From Candidatus Neomicrothrix sp. UBA7884 (GTDB taxonomy: Bacteria; Actinomycetota; Acidimicrobiia; Acidimicrobiales; MedAcidi-G1), in assembly GCA_002501135.1 (NCBI GenBank), contig DLRQ01000090.1:12755-76754 (forward strand): a stretch of 64,000 nt of DNA. The letters are read 5' to 3'. The notes below the pieces were generated by a model, which did not search any database, was not told the origin of the DNA, and saw nothing but the letters and a program-made list of their open reading frames with translations. Numbering within the stretch: the stretch's first letter is position 1; each line of letters starts with the position of its first letter. Below, one piece after another: positions 36,277 through 45,433 of the stretch. The position numbers and the translations under genes were made by a program.

Positions 36277-37242
36277 GTGGACGGCGACTACGGAGATGGC
36301 GGTGTTGACGAGCAGGCGACTGATGACGCCTGGGCAGACGAGCTCATCGAACGGGCCAGGGCAAGGTCCGCTGATGTCCCACCAGAACCCATTGCCGAGG
36401 TCACCACACCCGTGCACCCCACCGGGCCTCCTCACGGGGGCAGCGACCTCCGACAGGGAGGCCCCAGACAGCCGGTAGTGCCCGAAGGGACCCCTGAGCG
36501 CCGCCCGGCCCTTGTTACATTCGAGGACATTCATGGTTCCTCAGGAGCATTCCCCGCTCTTCCTGAAGAAGAGCCGCAACAACTCCCGTCACAGTTCAGC
36601 CAGCACGTGCCGGACGAACCGCCGGGACAGCCTCGCCCGGACCCCATGCATCAGGTGGACCTCGGGATACCCGGGTCAGCAGTCAGCTTCCGCAAGACCC
36701 TCGTCGAGTGGGGGAGTGTCATAGTCGGAGCGCTGGTCATGGCTCTTCTCGTGAAGGCCTACCTGTTTCAGGCCTTCTATATCCCGTCGCCCTCGATGGA
36801 ACCGACGCTGGGCAACGGTGACCGGATCATCGTAAACAAGTTGAGCTACAGGCTGCATGAGGTGAACAGGGGCGACGTCGTTGTCTTCAAGGCACCACAG
36901 GGTGCAGTGAACGGCATCGAAGATTTGATCAAGCGCGTCATTGCTCTACCCGGGGAAACCATCAGCACCGAGGCAGGAAGGGTTCGAGTCGACGGCGGCC
37001 TCCTGTTGGAGCCGTACCTTGTCTCCCAGGACCTCACCTCCGGATTCACCCTTCCTCCCGGATGCCAAAACCCGACCGGGGCAGCCGATACCTGTCTGGT
37101 TCCACCGGGTCACGTATTCGTTCTGGGAGACAATCGGACCAACTCGAAGGACAGCCGCATTTTCGGCCCGATTCCCGAGGATGCCATCCTCGGGCGGGCA
37201 TTTCTACGGGTCTGGCCTCTCGGCGACATTGGCCGGCTCTGA
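36277..37242 (+). CDS. lepB: signal peptidase I with long acidic/Pro-rich N-terminal extension
   Basis: S26 motifs IPSPSMEPTL (Ser nucleophile), VIALPGE and GDNRTNSKDSR. The TM helix is VIVGALVMALLVKAYLF. The start is uncertain. GTG 36277 gives 321 aa and ATG 36646 would give a minimal 198-aa LepB. The track start at 36025 lies inside pafC. Confidence 0.85.
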   Translation: MDGDYGDGGVDEQATDDAWADELIERARARSADVPPEPIAEVTTPVHPTGPPHGGSDLRQGGPRQPVVPEGTPERRPALVTFEDIHGSSGAFPALPEEEPQQLPSQFSQHVPDEPPGQPRPDPMHQVDLGIPGSAVSFRKTLVEWGSVIVGALVMALLVKAYLFQAFYIPSPSMEPTLGNGDRIIVNKLSYRLHEVNRGDVVVFKAPQGAVNGIEDLIKRVIALPGETISTEAGRVRVDGGLLLEPYLVSQDLTSGFTLPPGCQNPTGAADTCLVPPGHVFVLGDNRTNSKDSRIFGPIPEDAILGRAFLRVWPLGDIGRL

Positions 37243-37300
37243 CCTTTCCAGTTTTCCTTCGCCCAGTTCTCCGACTGGTGCCCACCGGTAGGCTGCTCTG

Positions 37301-37636
37301 ATGGGCAACTTGGGAGGCAGTGAGGTTCTCGTCATCCTCCTCGTCGGCCTGCTGGTTCTCGGCCCAGCGAGACTGCCCGAGGTGACACGCCAGATCGGCC
37401 GAGTCCTGCGAGAGGTTCGAAGGGTCACAACCGGCTTCCAGGAAGAGCTGCGCGCTGCGGTCGAAGACCCTGGACTTGAACTGGAGGCCAGGGCCAGAGG
37501 AGATGCCCTGACATCCATGGGCTCACCGGATTCGACGGAAGGAACCCGGCCCGATCAGCCCTTGGCCCAGGAACCCGACGAGGGAACGCCAGAACAACAA
37601 GACATCCCCGATGCCACAACAGCCAATGATGACTGA
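37301..37636 (+). CDS. Sec-independent (Tat) translocase TatA/TatB-family subunit (TatB-like GPxRLP motif)
   Basis: 111 aa: MGNLGGSEVLVILLVGLLVLGPARLPEVTRQIGRVLREV has the N-terminal TM plus amphipathic helix of the TatA/B family. It lies upstream of tatC. Confidence 0.88.
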   Translation: MGNLGGSEVLVILLVGLLVLGPARLPEVTRQIGRVLREVRRVTTGFQEELRAAVEDPGLELEARARGDALTSMGSPDSTEGTRPDQPLAQEPDEGTPEQQDIPDATTANDD

Positions 37637-37644
37637 GTTCCACG

Positions 37645-38415
37645 ATGTCTGACAAGAACGCAGGAACAATGTCCCTCGTCTCGCACCTTGAAGAGCTCCG
37701 GAAACGCCTGCTCATCTCTGTCCTGGCCGTCGGTGCAGGCGCCCTGGGCTGCTGGTTTCTCTATCCCCAGATCCTCGACCTGCTGCTCCGCCCCTACTGC
37801 AGCATCCGTCTGGGAGCAGGCCCGACTGCGGTGTTCGGGAGTGGATGCGAGCTGCTTGTGACTGATCCGTTGGAGCCATTCACGGTGCGTCTCAGCGTCG
37901 CCGGCTACGGCGGTATGGCCCTGGCGATGCCGGTACTCCTCTGGCAGGTCTGGCGCTTTGTCGTACCCGGGCTCTACTCACGTGAGCGGCGCTGGGCTGT
38001 CCCGTTCGTGCTCGCCGGCCTGATTCTGTTTGCAGCAGGCTGCGGTCTGGCCTACTGGAGCATCCCGAGGGCCCTCGAATTCCTTGTGGACATTGGTGGC
38101 CCCGACCTCGTGAGCGTCTTCTCGCCGGCCAAGTACATCAGCTTCGTCATCAAGATGACCATGGCATTCGGCATTGGTTTCGAGTTTCCACTGGTTCTGG
38201 TTTTTCTCCAGTTGGTCGGAATCCTCAGCCCGGCAGCACTCAGGCGTGCACGCCGGTACGCCATTGTGGGAATCGTCACACTGGTCGCCGTCCTGACCCC
38301 GAGTGGAGACCCCTTCACCCTCATGATCCTCTCTGTGCCCATGTGGTTGTTCTACGAGGCATCAATTCTGATCGGCGTACTCCACGAGCGCCGCCGCAGA
38401 CGCTCCGAGGGGTGA
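37645..38415 (+). CDS. tatC: Sec-independent translocase subunit TatC
   Basis: 256 aa with six TM helices and the N-terminus MSLVSHLEELRKRLL, typical of TatC. Confidence 0.93.
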   Translation: MSDKNAGTMSLVSHLEELRKRLLISVLAVGAGALGCWFLYPQILDLLLRPYCSIRLGAGPTAVFGSGCELLVTDPLEPFTVRLSVAGYGGMALAMPVLLWQVWRFVVPGLYSRERRWAVPFVLAGLILFAAGCGLAYWSIPRALEFLVDIGGPDLVSVFSPAKYISFVIKMTMAFGIGFEFPLVLVFLQLVGILSPAALRRARRYAIVGIVTLVAVLTPSGDPFTLMILSVPMWLFYEASILIGVLHERRRRRSEG

Positions 38416-40442
38416 GCAGCAGGTGGCCGTTCCAGCTTGACCGCTTCCAGAAGGAGGCGATCACCTCAATAGATGCCGGGCACTCGGTCCTTGTGGCCGC
38501 GCCTACATCCAGTGGCAAGACGGTTGTTGCAGAGCATGCGATCGACCTAGCAATGGAGAACGGGCTACGCGCCTTCTACACGGCGCCTATCAAGGCCCTT
38601 TCCAACCAGAAGTACCGGGATCTCACCCGAAGCCTTGGAGGCAGCCAGACCGGCCTTCTCACCGGAGACAACACCATTTCGCCCCACGCTCCGGTGGTGG
38701 TAATGACCACCGAGGTGCTGAGGAACATGCTCTACTCAGGCTCTGAAACCCTTGATGATCTCGGCTGGGTGGTTCTCGACGAGGTTCACTTCCTCGAAGA
38801 TCCGTACCGTGGAGCCGTGTGGGAGGAGGTGCTGCTCAACCTGCCGCGAGAGGTTGGAATCGTGGCGTTGTCGGCCACCGTCTCCAACGCCGAGGAACTC
38901 GGCGCATGGATGAGCGGGATTCGCGGAGAAACCGATGTCGTCGTGGAGAAGCGCCGACCGGTCCCGTTGCGCAGCCACTACCTCGTGATCGAGCGACGCG
39001 GCTCCAGACGCCTGCACCGGCTACCTGTCCTGACCGGTGGTGCCCCGAACAAGAAGGGCGAGCGCTTTGACGTCGGGGGGCGACGAGGCCGGAATCGACA
39101 CGGCCCCGGCTGGGCGTCACCCAGGCGACGCGAAGTGCTCGGCGAACTCCGGCGCAACGATCTGCTGCCGGCAATCCACTTCATCTTCAGCCGGGCAGGA
39201 TGTGACGACGCTCGCGACTCCCTGATCCGGGAGGGTGTAAACCTGAACACCCCCAGCGAATCTGACGAGGTTGACTCCTTCCTCTCCAGGCGGCTCGAGG
39301 GCATTTCCGGCGAGGACCTCGAGGCACTGGGGGTCAGACAGTGGCAGACCGGCCTCCGGCGGGGAATCGCCGCGCACCATGCCGGAATGTTGCCTCTGTT
39401 CAAGGAGATAGCGGAGGAACTGTTTGCATCGGGCCTCCTAAAGATCGTCTACGCAACCGAGACCCTTGCACTCGGTGTGAACCTACCGGCCCGCTCTGTG
39501 GTGATCGAGAAGTTGACCAAGTTCACCGGAGAGACACACGAGTTGCTCACCCCGGGACAGTTCGCCCAGCTGACCGGGCGGGCCGGGAGACGCGGAATCG
39601 ACGACGAAGGAAACGCCCTCATCTGCTGGACCCCGTTTGTTCCGTTCCGGAAGGTCGCCGAGCTTGCCCGCAGCAGAGACTTTGTTCTCACCTCCGCGTT
39701 TCGCCCCACCTACAACATGCTGGCGAACCTGATGCTCACCCGAACGAGGGCCGAGGCCATGGACCTTCTTGAGCGATCGTTCGCCCAGTTCCAGGACCGC
39801 CGACGACCGAATCCCGGCTCGAACCTCGTCGAGCGGATGGACGGCATGGAACTCGTGCTGGAGAAGAGGGAAATGGCCCGGTCGTGGCAGTTGACCGAAC
39901 GAGGTGCTCCTCTTGCCGGGATACACAACGAGGCTGACCTTCTGGTGGTCGAAGCCCTGGCAGCCGGCCTGTTTGACGATCTGGCCCCCGGCGAGACCGC
40001 AGCGGTCGTGTCCTGCCTTACCTATCGGCGCCGTGGACCCCGCGGTGTCGCCGTGCCCGAGCCGCAGGGACGCATCGGGGCCAGAATCCGGGAGATCAGC
40101 AAACTCGGCGAGGAGATCCGTGCCGAGGGGGCAAGTCTGGGTGTCGAGGTTGATTTCACGACGGACCACGGCCTGGCGGAGACGACCATGGAGTGGGTAG
40201 ACGGAGGAAGCCTCGCCAGCATCCTCGAGGATGGCAAGAATGCCGGTGAGTTCGTCCGAAATGTGAGGCTGGTTGCAGATCTCCTGGGCCAGATGAGCAA
40301 GGTGGCCGGCCCGGATCTGTCTGCCACCGCACGTAAGGCCATGGAAGGCCTGGAACGAGGCGTCGTGGTCCTTGCCGGTGCCATATCCGAGTCAGATGAT
40401 GGCGGCTCAGCCGAGACGACTGACAGCCCCGAGGCGGCGTAA
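38412..40442 (+). CDS. helY: Ski2-like DEAD/DEAH-box RNA helicase (HelY-like)
   Basis: FQLDRFQKEAI, Walker A AAPTSSGKT, the DEVH box (VLDEVHFLED), SAT, and a C-terminal DSHCT-like region. GTG 38412 overlaps the tatC stop. The track start at 38343 lies inside tatC. Confidence 0.88.
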   Translation: MSSRWPFQLDRFQKEAITSIDAGHSVLVAAPTSSGKTVVAEHAIDLAMENGLRAFYTAPIKALSNQKYRDLTRSLGGSQTGLLTGDNTISPHAPVVVMTTEVLRNMLYSGSETLDDLGWVVLDEVHFLEDPYRGAVWEEVLLNLPREVGIVALSATVSNAEELGAWMSGIRGETDVVVEKRRPVPLRSHYLVIERRGSRRLHRLPVLTGGAPNKKGERFDVGGRRGRNRHGPGWASPRRREVLGELRRNDLLPAIHFIFSRAGCDDARDSLIREGVNLNTPSESDEVDSFLSRRLEGISGEDLEALGVRQWQTGLRRGIAAHHAGMLPLFKEIAEELFASGLLKIVYATETLALGVNLPARSVVIEKLTKFTGETHELLTPGQFAQLTGRAGRRGIDDEGNALICWTPFVPFRKVAELARSRDFVLTSAFRPTYNMLANLMLTRTRAEAMDLLERSFAQFQDRRRPNPGSNLVERMDGMELVLEKREMARSWQLTERGAPLAGIHNEADLLVVEALAAGLFDDLAPGETAAVVSCLTYRRRGPRGVAVPEPQGRIGARIREISKLGEEIRAEGASLGVEVDFTTDHGLAETTMEWVDGGSLASILEDGKNAGEFVRNVRLVADLLGQMSKVAGPDLSATARKAMEGLERGVVVLAGAISESDDGGSAETTDSPEAA

Positions 40443-40448
40443 CTGCTC

Positions 40449-41057
40449 ATGTCGCTCTCAAGAGGACAGAACTGGGGTGGGCTCGGCGGACTACCGGACG
40501 GATCAGAAGTGGCCGGCAGCGATTCCGAACTTGGGGCCATCGTTGGTGCAGCACGCTCGGCCGGAAACGACCTTCCGACAGTCGGCCTCACCGGAGGCGA
40601 CCTCTGGCGGACACTCGGTGGCACTGACACTGGGAGCGGCTTCTCAGACGACTCGACCAGGGTTCTCGTCGATATCGGATCAGCTCTTCTGGATGGGCGA
40701 ATCCACTGGTTCGTCGCCCACCTCGTCGCCCGCCGCAACTGGCTGACCGGGCGTTGCTGGATAGCTGCGAACGGGGCCCACCTTGGGCACTGGAACCTTG
40801 CGCCCAGAGCGCATCCCGGTGACGGTCTGTTGGACCTGCTCGACTCGGACCTGCCGCTCCGTCAACGCCTGAATGCCCACCGGAGGCTGCACTCCGGTAC
40901 CCACCTGCCTCATCCCGGCATCACCTACACGCGACAGCCGGCGGTGCAGGTGTCGTTCAGGCATCCAGTGCCGATCTACCTTGATTCTGAACCTGTCGGT
41001 GCCCACAGAAACATCTCCGTGCGTGTGGAACCGGCCGTGCTGCGCCTTGTCATCTGA
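40449..41057 (+). CDS. hypothetical protein, weak motif-level resemblance to the C-terminal domain of DAGK/YegS-type lipid kinases
   Basis: 202 aa. PRAHPGDGLLDLLDSDL and the terminal YLDSEPVG...VRVEPAVLRLVI resemble the P-x-A-x-x-DG-LLD and DGE...v.P.al.v motifs of that fold. No intact GGDG catalytic loop is seen (only TGGDL). Confidence 0.45.
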   Translation: MSLSRGQNWGGLGGLPDGSEVAGSDSELGAIVGAARSAGNDLPTVGLTGGDLWRTLGGTDTGSGFSDDSTRVLVDIGSALLDGRIHWFVAHLVARRNWLTGRCWIAANGAHLGHWNLAPRAHPGDGLLDLLDSDLPLRQRLNAHRRLHSGTHLPHPGITYTRQPAVQVSFRHPVPIYLDSEPVGAHRNISVRVEPAVLRLVI

Positions 41058-41111
41058 ACCTGCCTGGACACCTGTGACAATCGGGCCAGGCTGTAGCGGT
41101 ACGATCCGTCG

Positions 41112-42326
41112 ATGGCAGACGACGCAGCCGTGGTTCGGGCAAGACAGAGGGTCCTTGAGAAGATCGATGATCTGGCTGACACCCTGATCGCCGCATCGCA
41201 TCAGATACACGCCCAGCCGGAACTCGGGTTTAAGGAACACCTCGCACACGAACTCCTTACAGGGGTGCTCGAGGCCGAAGGAATGGACGTAGTCAGGTCC
41301 GCATACGGCCTCGAGACAGCGTTCGAGGCAGCAGCTGGAAGCGAGGGACCGCTGATAGCGGTTCTGTGCGAATACGACGCTCTGCCCGGAATCGGTCACG
41401 CCTGTGGTCACAACATCATCGCCACGGCCGGTCTGGGGGCCGGTCTGGCCGCCGCCGCCGTAGCGACAGAGCTTGGTGGACGTGTTCGCATCCTCGGCAC
41501 TCCGGCCGAGGAGGGTGGCGGTGGCAAGGTTTTGATGCTCGAACGGGGGGCGTTCGACGATGTTGAGGCTGCACTGATGGTGCACCCCGCTGACGCAGAT
41601 CTGCGAAACATCACCAGCCTTGCCGTCCAACAGGTTCAGGCGGTATTCACCGGCAGGGCGGCACATGCTGCGGCAGCTCCCGAGCGTGGTCTCAACGCAC
41701 TCGATGCAGCGGTCCTCGGCTACATGAACGTTGCTGCCCTCCGGCAACACATTGCTCCTGAGGAGCGGATCCACGGGATCTTCACCGATGCCGGCCGGCG
41801 GGCCAACATCGTGCCCGAACGGGCGGCAGCCAGCTGGTATGTACGTTCGCCCGACCGTGCCGGTGCCGATGCCCTGGCGAGACGTGTGGTTGCCTGTCTT
41901 GAGGCTGGTGCGCTGGCGAGTGGCTGCTCGGTGAGCCACGAACTGATCCAGCCCAGCTACAACGAGGTTCGTGACAATCAGGCTCTGCTTGATCGGTACG
42001 TGGCCAACTCGGTCAGCCTCGGTCGCGATGTCCACCCCACAGACAACCATCAGGTTGTAGGCAGCACCGATCTCGGAAATGTGAGCTACGCGGTCCCGGC
42101 GATCCATCCGATGATCAAGACGGCTCCAATGGGAACAGCCATCCACACCAACGATTTCGCGGCGGCTGCGGTCAGCGATGAAGCCGATCAGGCAGTCCTC
42201 CACGGCGCCCGGTCAATGGCGCTGACTGTCGTGGACTGCTGGGCTGACAACCGTGTCCTCGAGGCGGCCCGGCACGAGTTCGCCTCCGCCTCAGCAGTCC
42301 GCGAAGGCGACCCTCAGACGACGTAG
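41112..42326 (+). CDS. M20-family amidohydrolase (AbgB / aminobenzoyl-glutamate hydrolase-like)
   Basis: 404 aa. CEYDALPGIGHACGHNIIATAGLGAG and GTPAEEGGGGK are M20D metal-binding motifs. Confidence 0.85.
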   Translation: MADDAAVVRARQRVLEKIDDLADTLIAASHQIHAQPELGFKEHLAHELLTGVLEAEGMDVVRSAYGLETAFEAAAGSEGPLIAVLCEYDALPGIGHACGHNIIATAGLGAGLAAAAVATELGGRVRILGTPAEEGGGGKVLMLERGAFDDVEAALMVHPADADLRNITSLAVQQVQAVFTGRAAHAAAAPERGLNALDAAVLGYMNVAALRQHIAPEERIHGIFTDAGRRANIVPERAAASWYVRSPDRAGADALARRVVACLEAGALASGCSVSHELIQPSYNEVRDNQALLDRYVANSVSLGRDVHPTDNHQVVGSTDLGNVSYAVPAIHPMIKTAPMGTAIHTNDFAAAAVSDEADQAVLHGARSMALTVVDCWADNRVLEAARHEFASASAVREGDPQTT

Positions 42327-42337
42327 CCTCAGCGGCC

Positions 42338-43972
42338 GTGTCCACCTACATCGCCGAGGACTTCAGCTCCGAAGAAGCCGACGTTCTGCGGCGCTACTTC
42401 ACCAACCTGGATCAGCCGGTTTTTGCTCTGGTAAACCTGCCGGAGGTGGTCAAGGGGGCCCTCTTCGCACGCTACTCACGCTCTGACAAGAGCCTCCGGC
42501 GTTTGTTTCTAGAAGAGTTTGTGGGCGAGTTGGATGTCTCCGGCGATGAGACAATCGATGCAACTGTCGGCCTGCGTCGTGCCGAGGAGTTATATGACCG
42601 TGTCTTTTTCGAGTACGGAGACGACAGCGTTGCCCAGCTGGGTGGTGTGCACCTCGCCTGTGAGCAGGCTTCCAACCTCTTGACAAAGGTGCTCGAGTGG
42701 GGACGCCTGATGTCCTATCTCGAACAGTCGACGCGCTACATCGCCTACGACTCGAGGCTCGGCGGAAGGTACCGCTACTTCCGCGATCCGGAGATCCTGT
42801 CCTCGGCGCTCGGAACCAGGTACATCTCCGACATGGACAGGCTCTTTGAGAACTACGCCGAGATGGTTCCGCTCATGGCGAACCATTTCAGAAGCGTGGC
42901 ACCCAAGGCTGACAGCGACTCGGACTTCGTCTATCGCCAGGCGGTGGCGGCCAAGGCCTTCGACTCTGTGAGGGGGATGCTTCCGGCGGCATCGCTGTCG
43001 AACGTCGGTATCTACGCCTCCGGCCAGGCCTACGAGGCACTGCTGGTCCGCATGCGTGCTCACGTTCTTCCAGAGGCCAGGTCCTACGCCGAGTTGATGC
43101 TGGCCGAGCTCCGCAAGGTCATCCCGTCGTTTCTCAAGCGTGTCGACCTGCCCGACAGGGGAGAGGCCACCGGTGCCTACGGGGCCGACTGCAGGGACCG
43201 TCTCGCCGACGTGGCCGAAAGTCTGTTTCCCGACAGCGAGGTTCCTGATGCCGGGCCTCTGGTCGACCTGACCGACTTTGATCCTGATGCCGAGGTCAAG
43301 TTGGTGGCCGCAGCGCTGTACCCGTTCACGAACCAGTCGGACCGACTTGTCGAAGGGCGCGTCAGGAGCATGACCGTCGACGAACGCCTCGGCGTTCTGA
43401 GGGCTCTCGTAGGAGACCGCTCCAACCGACGCCACAGACCGGGTCGAGCACTCGAGCGGCCCTCCTACCGATTCGACATCCTCTCCGACTACGGGGCGTT
43501 TCGGGACCTGCAACGCCACCGGATGATGACCCTCGACTGGCAGCGTCTCAGCACCTCGCACGGCTTCGTACGGCCTCCGGAGGTCGACGACGCAGGCCTT
43601 GCTGACCGGTTCGATGCCTCCATGGAACGCTCAGAGGCCCTTCATGACGCCCTCGAACCGGAATTTCCCGATCAGGCTCCATATGCGGCTGCTCTTGCCT
43701 TCCGGGTCCGCTACATGATGCACATGAATGCCAGAGAGGCAATGCATGTTCTCGAGTTGCGCACGTCTCCACAGGGCCATCCGGCCTACAGGCGGGTCTG
43801 CCAGGAGATGCACACCCAGATCCGTGATGTTGCCGGCCACCGCGCCATTGCCGAGATGATGTCTTACGTGGACCACTCCACCGGAGCAGACCTGGAGCGT
43901 CTCGAGTCGGAGCGTAGAAGCGAGCAGAAGAGGGTTGTGACCATGGACGGTTCCGACCCTTCGATCGCATGA
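42338..43972 (+). CDS. ThyX-like (Thy1/PF02511-type) protein with an internally duplicated domain; function uncertain
   Basis: 544 aa. The N-terminal half has ALFARYSRS and GIYASGQAYEALLVRMRAH. The C-terminal half has FRDLQRHRMMT (RHR motif) and NAREAMHVLELRTSPQGHPAYRRV (ThyX C-terminal motif). Confidence 0.6.
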   Translation: MSTYIAEDFSSEEADVLRRYFTNLDQPVFALVNLPEVVKGALFARYSRSDKSLRRLFLEEFVGELDVSGDETIDATVGLRRAEELYDRVFFEYGDDSVAQLGGVHLACEQASNLLTKVLEWGRLMSYLEQSTRYIAYDSRLGGRYRYFRDPEILSSALGTRYISDMDRLFENYAEMVPLMANHFRSVAPKADSDSDFVYRQAVAAKAFDSVRGMLPAASLSNVGIYASGQAYEALLVRMRAHVLPEARSYAELMLAELRKVIPSFLKRVDLPDRGEATGAYGADCRDRLADVAESLFPDSEVPDAGPLVDLTDFDPDAEVKLVAAALYPFTNQSDRLVEGRVRSMTVDERLGVLRALVGDRSNRRHRPGRALERPSYRFDILSDYGAFRDLQRHRMMTLDWQRLSTSHGFVRPPEVDDAGLADRFDASMERSEALHDALEPEFPDQAPYAAALAFRVRYMMHMNAREAMHVLELRTSPQGHPAYRRVCQEMHTQIRDVAGHRAIAEMMSYVDHSTGADLERLESERRSEQKRVVTMDGSDPSIA

Positions 43973-44081
43973 AACCCGAGGAAATCGGGATCATCTCGAC
44001 AGTCGGATTCCGCTGTGGCGCCCAACAGCACCGGAACCTGTCTATGCTCCGGCCGCGATCCCCAGATCAGCCGAGGAAACA

Positions 44082-44510
44082 ATGAGCGACGACGAAACAA
44101 CCGATGACCTGCCAGACGACGAGCCCGACGAGGAGTTCGACGACGAGGACGCGCCCGAGGATGTGTTTGCCGAGGACGGCGAATCCGGCAATGGAGACGA
44201 AGACGATGATGAAGACGACGAGGACGGGCCGAAGCCGGTCAAGACGGCTGTGGCCGACGACGAGGACGACCCTGATCCGGACGATGTTGAGGCAGAACTC
44301 GATGCAATCCTCAAGGAACGGCTCGCCGCCGGCGACGACGACGACGACGAGGACGAGGACGAGGGCGTCCAGCGGAGTCAGGCGGCACCAGGAAGTGTCG
44401 AGGAGCGACAGGAGACAGAGATGCACTGTCCCCACTGCTTTCTTCTGGTTCAGGCAACTGCAGTAGCCGAGACCGGCGAATGTGGGCACTGCGGCGGCCC
44501 CATTACGTGA
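44082..44510 (+). CDS. DUF4193-like acidic protein with C-terminal zinc ribbon
   Basis: 142 aa. It has an extreme D/E-rich N-terminal region and ends in CPHCFLLV...CGHCGG (CxxC-n-CxxC). GAGGAAACA SD upstream. Confidence 0.75.
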   Translation: MSDDETTDDLPDDEPDEEFDDEDAPEDVFAEDGESGNGDEDDDEDDEDGPKPVKTAVADDEDDPDPDDVEAELDAILKERLAAGDDDDDEDEDEGVQRSQAAPGSVEERQETEMHCPHCFLLVQATAVAETGECGHCGGPIT

Positions 44511-44529
44511 CCCGGTCGGGAATCTGAGC

Positions 44530-45003
44530 GTGGAGGCAGCCAGACTGGCGACCACCGCCGACAGCACAGACCTCGAGGCACTGCTTGCTGCATCCCGCCG
44601 GGAAATGGCAGACAAGCGCGGTGGTGAGGTTCTCACACGTCTGGACCAGGGTGCTGCTGATCTGCCGGCGAGGGCCCGCGAGTGCCTCGCCTCACCTGAC
44701 CTGACTGTTGGCCTCGGCACAATCGACGGAGTGCCGGTCGGCTACGGGGTGATGCGAATCTCAGAGGCTGCCGACGGCGACCCTCATGCTGTTGTCGAGG
44801 AACTGTTCGTGGATCCCGAAGCCAGGTCGGTTGGAGTCGGCGAGGCCCTCATGGCATTCCTGGTGACTGAGGCAGAGGAACGGGGTGCTCTCGGGATTGA
44901 GGCAACAGCGTTACCCGGCGACCGTGCTACCAAGAACTTCTTCGAAATACAGGGCATGGTGGCGCGGACCATTGTGGTGCATCGCTGGTTGGACGGCCGG
45001 TGA
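44530..45003 (+). CDS. GNAT-family N-acetyltransferase
   Basis: Acetyl-CoA loop ARSVGVGEALMAFLVTEAEERGA. GTG 44530 avoids overlap with the upstream gene (track start 44482). Confidence 0.8.
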   Translation: MEAARLATTADSTDLEALLAASRREMADKRGGEVLTRLDQGAADLPARARECLASPDLTVGLGTIDGVPVGYGVMRISEAADGDPHAVVEELFVDPEARSVGVGEALMAFLVTEAEERGALGIEATALPGDRATKNFFEIQGMVARTIVVHRWLDGR

Positions 45004-45425
45004 GCGTCGGTAGACCCGAACTCTGCGTCGGAGCGGTAGCTGTACGGGATGAACATCTGCTGATGATCCGTCGCGGGACAGAACCCGGGCTCGGCATGTG
45101 GTCTCTGCCGGGTGGACGCGTGGAGGCGGCCGAGTCGGTTGTCTCAACTGTCCTGCGCGAGCTGCAGGAGGAGACCGGCCTGGAGGGGCTCTGTGGCGAG
45201 CTGCTTGGATGGGTGGAGCGGTCCGGGGTCAGCCACCACTACGTGATCCTCAACTTCAGGGTGACGGTCCTGGGATGTGCAGAACCGGTGGCTGGCGACG
45301 ATGCGGATGAGGCCCGATGGATCTCTCTCGAGGAGGTATCTGGAACCGATCTGGTTGAGGGAATGGAGACATTCCTCATCGAGCACGGCGTCATTCCGGA
45401 GGGACCGGTGCTTGGAGTTCTCTGA
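45000..45425 (+). CDS. NUDIX hydrolase
   Basis: Nudix box GGRVEAAESVVSTVLRELQEETGL. GTGA overlap with the GNAT gene. Confidence 0.88.
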   Translation: MSVGRPELCVGAVAVRDEHLLMIRRGTEPGLGMWSLPGGRVEAAESVVSTVLRELQEETGLEGLCGELLGWVERSGVSHHYVILNFRVTVLGCAEPVAGDDADEARWISLEEVSGTDLVEGMETFLIEHGVIPEGPVLGVL

Positions 45426-45433
45426 GGAGACTC

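Noticed and set aside
44090-44400. Repetitive GAC/GAG/GAT triplets and the Ser-rich antisense ORFs (44042-44314, 44067-44720) looked like a possible tandem-repeat or CRISPR-like element.
   Set aside because: The periodicity is codon-level, from poly-Asp/Glu low complexity in the DUF4193-like protein. There are no spacer/repeat units of CRISPR size.
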